NCBI GenBank assembly: GCA_041742355.1 | Contig: JBGSIV010000174.1 | Location: 1-43,376 of the forward strand | DNA: 43,376 nt | From: Candidatus Zixiibacteriota bacterium | GTDB lineage: Bacteria > Zixibacteria > MSB-5A5 > GN15 > FEB-12 | Reading direction: 5' to 3' | Shown here: piece by piece, positions 17,217 through 25,964 of the stretch | Position numbering within the stretch: position 1 is the stretch's first letter | Layout of the letters: each line of letters begins with the position of its first letter | Notes under the pieces: model-generated | What the model was told of the DNA's origin: nothing | Seen by the model: the letters and a program-made list of their open reading frames with translations, nothing else | Database searches by the model: none | Program-made: the position numbers and the translations under genes

Positions 17217-18128
17217 ATGAAAATCGCGATTACCACACCCAACGGAAATGTCGGACGGAAACTGGCCGAACTTCTTCTGGCCGATCCGGTGGGCCACGAC
17301 CTTGTCCTGCTTCCCCACAACGCCGAGAAGGTCCGCGATCTGGCCGAGCGGGGAGCCGAGGTCCGCGAGCTGGACCTGACCGACCGGGAGTGGGTGCTGG
17401 AAGAAACAGCCGATATCGACACACTCTTCTGGGTGCTCCCCGCGGACCTGCAGACGCCGGATGTCGTCGCGCACTACTGGAAAATCGGAGGGATTGGAGC
17501 AGACGCTGTGCGGCTCAACAAGATCAAGCGGGCGGTCCTGCTGTCGTCGATCGGCGCCCACCTCGGCGAGGAAGGCCGGGTCGGCCCGATCAAGGGACTC
17601 AAACAGGTCGAGGAGTTCTTCCGGTATGTCACGAAGAACCTCGTGATTGTCCGCCCGACCTACTTCATGGAAAACCTGCTGATGAACGTCTCTTCGATCG
17701 CCGCGGAGGGAAAGATGTACCTGCCCGTATCGGGGGAAGCGCGGACATCGATGATTGCTACCCGCGATATCGCCACCGCAATCGCGCCGGTTGTCCGGCA
17801 GGAGTTCACCGGGACACGGGTGATGCCGCTGCACGGCCCCCGGGAGTACAGTTTCAACGAGGCGGCCGAAATCATCGGCCGGACGATCGGCCAGTCGGTC
17901 GAGATCGTGTCCGTGCCCCCCGGGGCGGCGGTCGCGGCAATGACCGGGCTGGGCATGTCGGACAACATGGCGGCCAACGTGGTCGAAATGATGGATGCGA
18001 TCCAGACACAACGGATCAAGCCGGAGGAACCGCACACGGCCGATGCGGAAACACCCACCACGCTCGAGCAGTTTGCCGGTACGGTCATCGCCCCGGCTGT
18101 CCGGGCGCAGCAGAAAGCGAATGCGTAA
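17217..18128 (+). CDS. NmrA-like NAD(P)H-binding protein (atypical SDR)
   Basis: KIAITTPNGNVG Rossmann start, VLLSSIGA, VRPTYFMEN, MIATRDIA; AAGGAG RBS. Confidence 0.9.
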   Translation: MKIAITTPNGNVGRKLAELLLADPVGHDLVLLPHNAEKVRDLAERGAEVRELDLTDREWVLEETADIDTLFWVLPADLQTPDVVAHYWKIGGIGADAVRLNKIKRAVLLSSIGAHLGEEGRVGPIKGLKQVEEFFRYVTKNLVIVRPTYFMENLLMNVSSIAAEGKMYLPVSGEARTSMIATRDIATAIAPVVRQEFTGTRVMPLHGPREYSFNEAAEIIGRTIGQSVEIVSVPPGAAVAAMTGLGMSDNMAANVVEMMDAIQTQRIKPEEPHTADAETPTTLEQFAGTVIAPAVRAQQKANA

Positions 18129-18130
18129 GG

Positions 18131-18607
18131 ATGGCGGAACCGATTCCGATGGCGCCGATCGGCGTGGTGCATTCGACCCGGACTGCGCCGCTTGACGATG
18201 GCTGGGACGAGGTCGAAGCGTATGTCGAGCTCGACGAGAGCCGGTTCGGCCCAGAGGCGCTGGCCGGGCTGGAGGAGTTCTCCCACGCGGAGATTATCTT
18301 CCACATGAACCGGGTCGAGGAAAACGAAATCACCCGTGGGAAGAGACATCCAAGAGATAACCCGAACTGGCCGGAAGTGGGGATATTTGCCCACCGCGCC
18401 AAGCTCCGTCCGAATCGGATCGGCGCGACTGTCTGTCGAATTATCCGGGTGTCGGGACTCCGGGTATATCTCGAAGGACTGGACGCGATTGACGGATCAC
18501 CGGTGCTGGATATCAAGCCGTGGTTTGTCGGCATGGGACCGCGCGGTGATGTCCACGAACCGGCCTGGGTGAGAGAACTGATGAGAAACTACTGGGGGAA
18601 GGCGTAG
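18131..18607 (+). CDS. TsaA/TrmO-like (UPF0066) SAM-binding protein, single domain
   Basis: PIGVVHS, LAGLEEFSH, VGIFAHRAKLRPNRIG, GLDAIDGSPVLDIKP; ATG 2 nt after the previous stop (C-terminal part of track ORF 17168-18607). Confidence 0.88.
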   Translation: MAEPIPMAPIGVVHSTRTAPLDDGWDEVEAYVELDESRFGPEALAGLEEFSHAEIIFHMNRVEENEITRGKRHPRDNPNWPEVGIFAHRAKLRPNRIGATVCRIIRVSGLRVYLEGLDAIDGSPVLDIKPWFVGMGPRGDVHEPAWVRELMRNYWGKA

Positions 18608-18646
18608 GTCGGGTTCTCGGCACTATCGCGCCTCGGTACCCGACCT
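18604..18646 (+). repeat. GTAG REP-like hairpin overlapping a stop codon
   Basis: GTAGGTCGGGTTCTCGG...CGGTACCCGACCT; the TAG of the GTAG tag is the stop codon at 18605-18607. Confidence 0.7.
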
Positions 18647-18849
18647 GAATGTAGCCTCTCCCCCGAACCTCCTCAAAGTGCCTTCCTGCCAAATAGCCGT
18701 TGCAACGACGAGTCTCCTTATCTATATTTTCGATAGCGCCGCACGGTATGAACCCGGTAACTCCGGGATCGCCGGCGGCGTACACCACTCTTCGCGCCTC
18801 ACATCCGAGTACAACTGAACAGCACGAATCCAAAACGGACGGTGGAATT

Positions 18850-20280
18850 ATGCATGAGCAAAACCACACGCCATGGATCACCATGGCGCGGCGCAAGTTC
18901 CTCGGCACGCTGATGGTCTCCGGAGCGGCGGTGCTCTCGGGCGTGGGATTCACGGCGGCGGCCGAAAAGACCCGGAATTCGGGACGAATTCTCCTCGACG
19001 GCATCGCGAAAGTCCCCAGAGGACTGGAGGAGGCGGTACAGTTTCCGCTGCTTGAGGCAATCTACGGCCGGCGCTCCCGGCGCTTCTTTATGGGGGCGGA
19101 GATCCCCGAGGGCGTGATGGCGTTCAAATCCGAGGCCCAGCCGATGCCCTTAAGCGAGCTGGAGCAAATGATGGTGCTGACCGCGATGGGCGGGAACACC
19201 GGCTGGCACAACCTGATCTACCGCCACAAGAAGTACGCGCCGAACCTCTCCAACTACGCCAACGCCGCGGGCGGCCGCACATTTCCCTCGGCCGCCGGTT
19301 TCCACACGAGCGAGATCTTCTTCACCGATGACAGCGGAACGTACTTCATGGCGACCCGCGACGCACCCTCGTTGGCGGCCTACGATTCCGAAGGGCAGTT
19401 TGACTTGCAGAAGTGGCTGCAGGCGCACCGGGCGCGAATTCGAAAGCTGTCGGACAAGCGGCTCTACATTCCGGCCGAGGAACCGTACATGGAGGGTCAC
19501 AATACGTGGGTGGCCAATGGGCCGGGAACGACGTTGATCTGGCCGGTGGCCGACCTGGCCCAGCACCACCTGGCGATCCTCGCGTTTCTCGTACAGAACG
19601 GCTTCTGCGTTTTCGACGATTTCAACAATCGCAAAATCCCCGGTATGGAGAAGTTCGCCGGGCTGGTCGATGTCGACCATCCGTACCCGCTCTCCTACAT
19701 GGACCGGTACGCCATTGCCGAAGCGACGGTGGAGCTATCGACCGGCTGCTACGCCGGAGCGCTCACCCTGCAAGCGATGGGATTGGGCGGATGGATGTTC
19801 GACGGGATCGACCCGTTCACCGTGCTCGGAGCGAGCGGCAACCCGGAGGTTCCCGGGCTGGGCTTCCGCTTCGACACCGACGAGCGCTGGGCGCTGCCGA
19901 ATGTGACGGGCCTGCCGGGCGTGTTCGAGGCCTACTGCCCGCCGCACTACGAGAACATGCGGGCGGCGGTCGAGGCGCTGGCCGAACGCAAGTTCGGTAA
20001 CGGCGGGCCATTCAACCCGGCGACACCGGGGCCGTTCAAGGACACGGCCAAAGTCCGCGGCGCGGCGCAGGAATTCACCGACGAGTTCAAGGACTGTGTC
20101 GCACACATGGCCCAGTACGTCTACGACACGTTCGGCAAATACCCGGCATCGGTACCAAGCATTTTCCATATCATGTATGTCCAGGCGCACCACCTCGACC
20201 TGCAGTTCTACGACCACCACTTCGGGCCGGGAGCATACCTCGACAGCCATAAGCGGCACATGGAGCTCTGGCACGCCTGA
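18850..20280 (+). CDS. Tat-signal protein with nitroreductase-like motifs
   Basis: ARRKFLG, hydrophobic stretch and AAA cleavage-like site; GRRSRRF, FPSAAG and LQAMGLGGW resemble FMN-dependent nitroreductase/SagB-type motifs; strong coding bias. Function uncertain. Confidence 0.7.
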   Translation: MHEQNHTPWITMARRKFLGTLMVSGAAVLSGVGFTAAAEKTRNSGRILLDGIAKVPRGLEEAVQFPLLEAIYGRRSRRFFMGAEIPEGVMAFKSEAQPMPLSELEQMMVLTAMGGNTGWHNLIYRHKKYAPNLSNYANAAGGRTFPSAAGFHTSEIFFTDDSGTYFMATRDAPSLAAYDSEGQFDLQKWLQAHRARIRKLSDKRLYIPAEEPYMEGHNTWVANGPGTTLIWPVADLAQHHLAILAFLVQNGFCVFDDFNNRKIPGMEKFAGLVDVDHPYPLSYMDRYAIAEATVELSTGCYAGALTLQAMGLGGWMFDGIDPFTVLGASGNPEVPGLGFRFDTDERWALPNVTGLPGVFEAYCPPHYENMRAAVEALAERKFGNGGPFNPATPGPFKDTAKVRGAAQEFTDEFKDCVAHMAQYVYDTFGKYPASVPSIFHIMYVQAHHLDLQFYDHHFGPGAYLDSHKRHMELWHA

Positions 20281-20322
20281 GCAAGCGCGCGTCTTTATTG
20301 GTGAGACAGGTTGTCGACAAAC

Positions 20323-20358
20323 AAAGAGAGCCGGCAGTTTCGTCTGCCGGCTCTTTTC
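20323..20358. terminator. Bidirectional intrinsic terminator
   Basis: AAAG-AGAGCCGGCAG / CTGCCGGCTCT-TTT hairpin between convergent genes. Confidence 0.75.
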
Positions 20359-20385
20359 ATGTCTGGCGTCCGATGGACGGATCGG

Positions 20386-20979
20386 CTACTTGCTGGCCAT
20401 GGGCGGAAGCGGATCCGGGACGCGATTGTCGATCGGCGGCAGGGTTCTCAGGTACGCGAAAATCGCCACGAGATCTTCCTGCGGAGCCTCGGCCAGGTTG
20501 AACCAGGGCATCGGCGGCAGAATCGGCCGACCCATACCCAGGTGTTTGCCGGTGCGCAGCGCACTAACAAAGGCCTCCTCGGTCCAGGCCCCCGTGCCGG
20601 TCACCTGGTGAGGAGTCAGGTTGGCCGCAAACGAAACGCCCCACGGACCGGCCCACGCGGTGAAGTGGGCGTTGGTCATCGAAACCCAGCCGGCCGGATT
20701 GATCACGCCGTTGGGGACAGCCGGCACCGCCTCGTTGGCGGGATGGCCGCTCAGGAGACGCTTCTCATCGGGTGACGGTACGCCGTTCGCGTCGTACACC
20801 TTGGGCGAGTGGCAGTCGTGGCAGCCACCCAAAGTGGTCAGGTACTCGCCCCGCTTGACCTGCTCGGCGGAGTACGTTTTCTCGGCGCCCATCAGGAGAC
20901 GGGCCGCCGGGTAAGCCAGAATGAGCGTGACCGCCGCGAACACCACAAGGCCGCGGCGCGCCGAAAGTGAGCGCATCAT
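20386..20979 (-). CDS. Periplasmic c-type cytochrome (one CxxCH)
   Basis: Signal/TM, RGEYL...GGCHDCHSP, GPWGVSFAANLTP, ILPPMPW (Met ligand), AIFAYLRTLPP; GGAGG RBS. Confidence 0.88.
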   Translation of the reverse strand: MMRSLSARRGLVVFAAVTLILAYPAARLLMGAEKTYSAEQVKRGEYLTTLGGCHDCHSPKVYDANGVPSPDEKRLLSGHPANEAVPAVPNGVINPAGWVSMTNAHFTAWAGPWGVSFAANLTPHQVTGTGAWTEEAFVSALRTGKHLGMGRPILPPMPWFNLAEAPQEDLVAIFAYLRTLPPIDNRVPDPLPPMASK

Positions 20980-21166
20980 AGGATAGGTATCCTCCTAAAG
21001 GGTGATTCGGTTTGGTGTCGACAGCGTGGTGAAGGATCCGCCCAAAGATAGCACCATCCCGGCCCGCGTCAAGGAGAATTATCGACAACAGGGGTACACA
21101 TTAGGACAATCGGCCGCTCCGGTGGGAGGGCCGATCGGAAAGGCCCGGAGAGAAGGGGGACGGCGG

Positions 21167-21355
21167 TCAGCCGTGGAAACCGCACGTGTTGTGCGTGCCG
21201 TCGCAGAACGGTTTATCATCCGATTCGCCGCAGCGGCAAAGACTGAAACGCTTCTCCTTGCTGATAATGCGGCCGTCGGGCATAACGATCACCGCGCGAT
21301 CGCATTCGATCTTCGCGGGACCATCGGGGACGATCGTGACTTTCACTTCCGACAT
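21167..21355 (-). CDS. CDGSH iron-sulfur domain protein
   Basis: DGP motif and LCRCGESDDKPFCDGTH; AGGAG RBS before ATG 21355. Confidence 0.92.
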   Translation of the reverse strand: MSEVKVTIVPDGPAKIECDRAVIVMPDGRIISKEKRFSLCRCGESDDKPFCDGTHNTCGFHG

Positions 21356-21463
21356 GTGTTCTCCTGATTGTTGCGGACTACCGTACCGAATACCTGAAGA
21401 ACCGCCCACAGGACAGACCGGTTCCGCTATTCCAGCCGGACCGGATGTATAGGGGGATCGCGA

Positions 21464-22459
21464 CTACCGTGTTTTCACAATCGTGGCGTCGCCGGATGAA
21501 TACGTGTGCCGCCGCCCGTTGTGCTCGACCACGAGGCAGCCGTTCGCATCGAGGTCAACCGCCAGACCATCCACAACACCCTGCCCGGTATCGAGTCGGA
21601 CCGGCTGGCCGAGTAGCGAGGAGTACCGCCGGAGACGGGGGAGCGACGGCGCCAGGAACTCCTGCTGATAAAGCAGGTACTCCCGTTCGAACTCCCGGAA
21701 GAAACGCTGGACAAGTTCGACCCTCGGAATCTCTCGCCCGGAGGCTATTCTAACCGAGGTAGCGAGTTGGCTCAGATCAGGAGGGAAGTCGAACGGCCGA
21801 TGGTTGATATTAATCCCAACTCCCACAACGACATAATTGATTCGCTCGCGGTCTGCGGCAAGCTCGGGGAGGATGCCGGACACCTTCTTGCCGAGAATCA
21901 TTATGTCATTGGGCCACTTTATCTTTACTTGGCCCGGACAATAGTGCTCGAGGGTCTGAGCTAGAGCCAGTGCAGTCATGAGGGAAAGCCCGGGAGCGTT
22001 CTCCGGCAGGAACTTAGGGCGCAGGAGAATTGACAGGTATGCGCCGGTCCCGGCGGGAGAGTGCCAGGTTCGTCCAAGACGCCCGCGACCGGCGACTTGT
22101 TGCTCGGCCACCACCACGGTCCCTTCGGCCCCGCCCGATTCTCCCTCGCGGAACGCAATGTCGTTTGTGGACTTGACCTGATGGAATGTGAGCAGCCTGC
22201 GCCCAATGAAGCGCGTGTCCAGCCCCCAGCTCAATTCCGTAGCGGTGAGACTGTCGGGAGTACCGAGGAGGCGGATATCGGTCGCGGTCAGGCTAACCGT
22301 GTAACCCCACGCTTCGAGTTGAGCTGCGGCGAGAGGGAGAAGCGCTCGATCAGCCACAAGATCCTCCGCGATCCGATCAAGGGAGAAGTGGTGGCCGGGA
22401 CGGGTACGGATCAGGAGGAGGAGACGGTCGGCGAGCTGTTCGATCTCAGTCCGGTTCAT
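21464..22459 (-). CDS. birA: Biotin--[acetyl-CoA carboxylase] ligase with N-terminal HTH-like region
   Basis: STND, AEQQVAGRGRLGRTW, IKWPND, KVSGIL, GVGINI, C-terminal SH3-like domain. Confidence 0.93.
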   Translation of the reverse strand: MNRTEIEQLADRLLLLIRTRPGHHFSLDRIAEDLVADRALLPLAAAQLEAWGYTVSLTATDIRLLGTPDSLTATELSWGLDTRFIGRRLLTFHQVKSTNDIAFREGESGGAEGTVVVAEQQVAGRGRLGRTWHSPAGTGAYLSILLRPKFLPENAPGLSLMTALALAQTLEHYCPGQVKIKWPNDIMILGKKVSGILPELAADRERINYVVVGVGININHRPFDFPPDLSQLATSVRIASGREIPRVELVQRFFREFEREYLLYQQEFLAPSLPRLRRYSSLLGQPVRLDTGQGVVDGLAVDLDANGCLVVEHNGRRHTYSSGDATIVKTR

Positions 22460-23351
22460 GCCAGGCTTTCTCGGTCACCTGCATGCTCAGATCGGCGACC
22501 GGGGCGGAGTGGGTCAACTGCCCGATCGATATGAAGTCGACACCCGTCTCGGCCATTCCTCGCACCGTTGCCAGCGAAACATTGCCGGAGGCCTCGAGCT
22601 GTACGCCCGGATTAATAGAGCGTGCTTTGCGAACCAGTGCTGCCAGCGAATCAACAGTCTGATTATCCAGCAGGAGGCGCTGCACACCACAGCCGATCGC
22701 TTCGACCAGCTCAGCCTCGTTGGTGACCTCGACCTCGATCGGGATCTCCTCGGCCTTCTTCTCGAATTGGAGACGGAATTCCGGCGTGCGCAGGTACTCG
22801 CGCAACCGTTCCACCGCGTTGGTGATCGACCCGGCCGACGCGATATGGTTGTCCTTGATGAGCACCATATCGTAGAGCCCCATGCGGTGATTTCGGCCGC
22901 CGCCGTGGACAACCGCTTCTTTCTCAAGCAGGCGCATGCCGGGCGTGGTCTTGCGGGTGTCGAGGATGACCGCGTCGGTCCCCTTGATCGCGTCGACAAA
23001 CGTCGCGGTCAGCGTGGCGATACCGCTTAAATGCGCGAGAAAATTCAGGGCGACCCGTTCGGAAGTGAGCACCGTCTGGTTGAAGCCGTCGATCTCGATC
23101 AGGGTCTCACCCTTGACGAAGCGGTCACCGTCGTGCTTGAGCGGCCGGACGACATTAGCCGAGTCGATTATGGTGAAGACCATGTACATCGGCTTGAGTC
23201 CCGACAGGACACCGTCCTGCTTGGCGACAATTTTCGCCGCGACCGGGTTGGGGTCGAGACAGGCCAGCGTGGTGAGGTCGCCCGGGCCGATATCTTCGCG
23301 CAGGGCCGCCCGGATCAGCTCCGGCAGCCATGTGGCGGGGTCATGATGCAT
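22446..23351 (-). CDS. nadC: Nicotinate-nucleotide pyrophosphorylase (quinolinate phosphoribosyltransferase)
   Basis: EDIGPGDLTT, ERVALNFL, DTRKTTPG, NHRMGLYD, IKDNH, EVEV, LLDN, EASG. Confidence 0.96.
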   Translation of the reverse strand: MHHDPATWLPELIRAALREDIGPGDLTTLACLDPNPVAAKIVAKQDGVLSGLKPMYMVFTIIDSANVVRPLKHDGDRFVKGETLIEIDGFNQTVLTSERVALNFLAHLSGIATLTATFVDAIKGTDAVILDTRKTTPGMRLLEKEAVVHGGGRNHRMGLYDMVLIKDNHIASAGSITNAVERLREYLRTPEFRLQFEKKAEEIPIEVEVTNEAELVEAIGCGVQRLLLDNQTVDSLAALVRKARSINPGVQLEASGNVSLATVRGMAETGVDFISIGQLTHSAPVADLSMQVTEKAWHEPD

Positions 23352-23378
23352 GCCGTATAAACAATGTCTTCGGGGCGG

Positions 23379-23407
23379 TTGTCAACGGCCAAAAGGGGGG
23401 CTATATT
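23379..23407 (+). promoter_or_regulatory. Putative sigma70-type promoter of ilvC (leaderless), overlapping a divergent -35
   Basis: TTGTCA (23379-23384), 17 bp, TATATT (23402-23407), 5 nt, ATG 23413; the opposite strand reads TTGACA at 23385-23380 toward nadC. Confidence 0.55.
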
Positions 23408-23412
23408 CAATC

Positions 23413-24360
23413 ATGCACGAGAATCCACACACGAAAACAGTAGCGGTCCTCGGATACGGATCGCAGGGACACGCGGTCGCGCTCAACCTGCGCGACTCGG
23501 GCTACCCGGTAGTAATCGGGCTGCGGCCGGAGTCATCGCGCCGGGAAGCGGCGAAACAGGCGGGGTTCGAGAAGATCGAGCCAATGGGTGCGGCCGCGCA
23601 GACGGCCGACATCGTGATCTTCGCCTTCCCCGATCACCGGCACGGGGTAGCCTACCGCCGGGAGATCCGGAGCCGTCTGCGCCCGGGGACGACGCTCGTG
23701 TTCCTGCACGGGTTGTCGGTGCACTTCGGGCTGGTTGAGCCGCCTTCAGATGCCGATGTGATCCTGATTGCGCCCCACGGCCCGGGGGTTGCCGTCCGCG
23801 AGAAGTATGTTGCCGGGGAGCGGAGTATGTCGGCGTTTGTGTCGGTGCACCAAGACAGCTCGGGGCAGACGCACCAGACGATGTTCGCGCTGGCCGAGGG
23901 GATGGGGTTTGACCTCAAGCGCCTCGTGCCGACGACATTTGAGCAGGAGGCGGTGGGGGATATGTTCGGGGAGCAGGCGGTGCTATGCGGCGGGATGGCG
24001 GCCTTGATCAAGAACGGATTTCAGGTGCTGGTCGATCACGGGGTGAGCCCGGAGAATGCGTATCTGGAAGTGGCGTACCAGCTGGATCTCATCATCGCAC
24101 TGATCAAGCAGCACGGGATCGCGGGAATGTTTGACCGGATCTCGCTGACAGCGCGGTATGGGTCGCTGCAGACCGGGCCGGAACTGATCGACGAGAACGT
24201 GCGCGCACGGATGGAGAGTGTCTACGCGCGGATTGAGTCGGGGGAGTTTGTGTCACGGCTGGAGAAGTTGAGCGATAGCGAGATCAGGGAGATCGATACG
24301 GCGCTGTCAAGGCTGACCGATCCGCGCCTTGAGGACGCGGCGAAGAAGTGGCGGGGGTAG
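23413..24360 (+). CDS. ilvC: Ketol-acid reductoisomerase (short form)
   Basis: VLGYGSQGHAVALNLRDSG, FLHG, APHGPG, TTFEQEAVGDMFGEQAVLCGG, AYLE, ISLTARYG. Confidence 0.93.
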   Translation: MHENPHTKTVAVLGYGSQGHAVALNLRDSGYPVVIGLRPESSRREAAKQAGFEKIEPMGAAAQTADIVIFAFPDHRHGVAYRREIRSRLRPGTTLVFLHGLSVHFGLVEPPSDADVILIAPHGPGVAVREKYVAGERSMSAFVSVHQDSSGQTHQTMFALAEGMGFDLKRLVPTTFEQEAVGDMFGEQAVLCGGMAALIKNGFQVLVDHGVSPENAYLEVAYQLDLIIALIKQHGIAGMFDRISLTARYGSLQTGPELIDENVRARMESVYARIESGEFVSRLEKLSDSEIREIDTALSRLTDPRLEDAAKKWRG

Positions 24361-24389
24361 GGGGATTGGGTTCGCTTGGGCAGGATCCC

Positions 24390-24846
24390 GTCATGCTTCG
24401 ACTCCGCTCAGCATGACAGTCAGGAGACTCGGCATCTCTGCATGGAGTCACCCTGAGCGTAGTCGAAGGGTGACGAGGAGAAATTGGTTTGGTTGGGCAG
24501 TTCTCCCGGTGACTATACTTGAGCGCGTTTTGTCTGTCTCTCTGTCACGCTCCTCGGAGCCTGACCCACGGGATTAGTTGTCTCACAAGGCATGCTTTCA
24601 CGGACACACGGAGTGTGTCCGCGGAACAAAAGAACTGAGAGTGTCAGGTGGGGACACCTGATACCACAAAGACTGGATCCCGGGTCGCAGCCCGGGATGA
24701 CAGTTTCTCAACGTATGTTTCGGTCAATGTCAGGACCGCAAGGCTCCTGGCCTGCAAAAGAAAAGGCACGACCGCTAATGGGTCGTGCCTTACAGATTCT
24801 CTTGTCAGTTCAGGCTCATAAGGGTCAGATGTGGACATCTGACCCT
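24390..24846. repeat. Intergenic mosaic of at least 8 different palindromic repeats
   Basis: GTCATGCTTCGACTCCGCTCAGCATGAC (24390-24417) and its inverted relative GTCACCCTGAGCGTAGTCGAAGGGTGAC (24447-24474); CTGGATCCCGGGTCGCAGCCCGGGATGACA (24673-24702); AGGGTCAGATGTGGACATCTGACCCT (24821-24846); more hairpins near 24544, 24600, 24642 and 24730. Confidence 0.8.
24756..24791 (-). terminator. Intrinsic terminator of the TonB receptor-HmuY operon
   Basis: Minus strand AAGGCACGACC-loop-GGTCGTGCCTT followed by TTCTTTT. Confidence 0.65.
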
Positions 24847-24873
24847 CACGCAGCCCGGCGTCATTTCACTTTC

Positions 24874-25932
24874 TTACAGCTCTTTCCAAACGAAGCTGTA
24901 GTTCCCCGACGTCGGCACTCCACCGACGTTCTTGTAGTACCCCTCGATCCGAAGCTTGTAAACCTTGTCGCCGGTCTTGATCAAGTAGACGTTCGATTTC
25001 GACGACAACTGGTGCGTCTGGCCGTTGTAATTGTACCAATCGGTCATAACCGAACTCGGAATATCCGGGAAGAGCGGGGCCATCGCCGGTTGCTCGGTGA
25101 AAGCGGCAATGTCGGTCGGGTCGGTCAGTTCACCCCACGCAAAGAACGCGGCGCACTCGCCCGTGCCATTCGGTCCGGAATTCTGCATCAGGTCGTAGTT
25201 GTTGAAAGCGATATCCCAGGCATTCGAGTTGGCCGGATTGGCCGGGGTGACGGCAGAACCGCTGGAGAAATCAAAGTACCCGGTGCCGGTGCCAACTGTA
25301 ATCGACGCGGTCTGCACCGTGCCACTGAGGATTCGGCTGTTCGCGGTCGGCTGGTAGTAGTAGGAGATCCATACCGTGCCCATGCTGCCCATGCCGTTGC
25401 CGACGAGGGAGTCGACCCGGAACTTCACGTAGTTATCCCCCTCGGCATCGACCATGGAATAGACGTAGTGCGTCAGATCCAACTGATGGGTCTGGAAATT
25501 GTAAGTGAACCAGTCGCTGATGAAGTAGTCGATGGCGTCGGAGGTCCAGTCGGCACCGGTGGTGTCGTCGATCGTCACACCGGCGAAATCGACCTGGCCG
25601 AGACTGGCGCCTTCGATGTCACCGCCGTTGGTGGCCGACGAACCGCCATTGGTCTTGATGACCTCCCGACGGAAAGCGATATCCCAGGTGGCGGCCTGTT
25701 TGGCCGGCTCAGACAGCGTATCCTCCGCCGCAAACGAGAAATAGCGGAACTCGTCGTACGACGAGCCATCGACTGTGGAAACCCACACCTGGTTAGTGGC
25801 ATCCCACGTGGAAGTAATGTAGTCACTCGGGATGCCGTCGCCGCCGGTCGGGTTGTCGTCGTCCGAGCAGCCGATAGCGAGCATGAGCATAAGCATGGCC
25901 GCCAGGAAAATCAAGGAGCGTTTGGTGTTCAT
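24874..25932 (-). CDS. HmuY-family heme-binding lipoprotein, apparently two HmuY repeats
   Basis: Lipobox LAIGC; two repeats with YFSF...WDIAFRR...YVKFRV and YFDF...WDIAFNN...VYKLRIEGYY; directly downstream of a TonB-dependent receptor; GAGGA RBS at ATG 25932. Confidence 0.82.
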   Translation of the reverse strand: MNTKRSLIFLAAMLMLMLAIGCSDDDNPTGGDGIPSDYITSTWDATNQVWVSTVDGSSYDEFRYFSFAAEDTLSEPAKQAATWDIAFRREVIKTNGGSSATNGGDIEGASLGQVDFAGVTIDDTTGADWTSDAIDYFISDWFTYNFQTHQLDLTHYVYSMVDAEGDNYVKFRVDSLVGNGMGSMGTVWISYYYQPTANSRILSGTVQTASITVGTGTGYFDFSSGSAVTPANPANSNAWDIAFNNYDLMQNSGPNGTGECAAFFAWGELTDPTDIAAFTEQPAMAPLFPDIPSSVMTDWYNYNGQTHQLSSKSNVYLIKTGDKVYKLRIEGYYKNVGGVPTSGNYSFVWKEL

Positions 25933-25964
25933 GAAAGTCCTCTTACAAAGCATAAGTTAAATGA

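Noticed and set aside
17168..18130. 479-aa ORF appearing to be a long TsaA fusion
   Set aside because: The first ~320 codons are an alternative frame over the NmrA-like gene; the TsaA-like domain has its own ATG at 18131.
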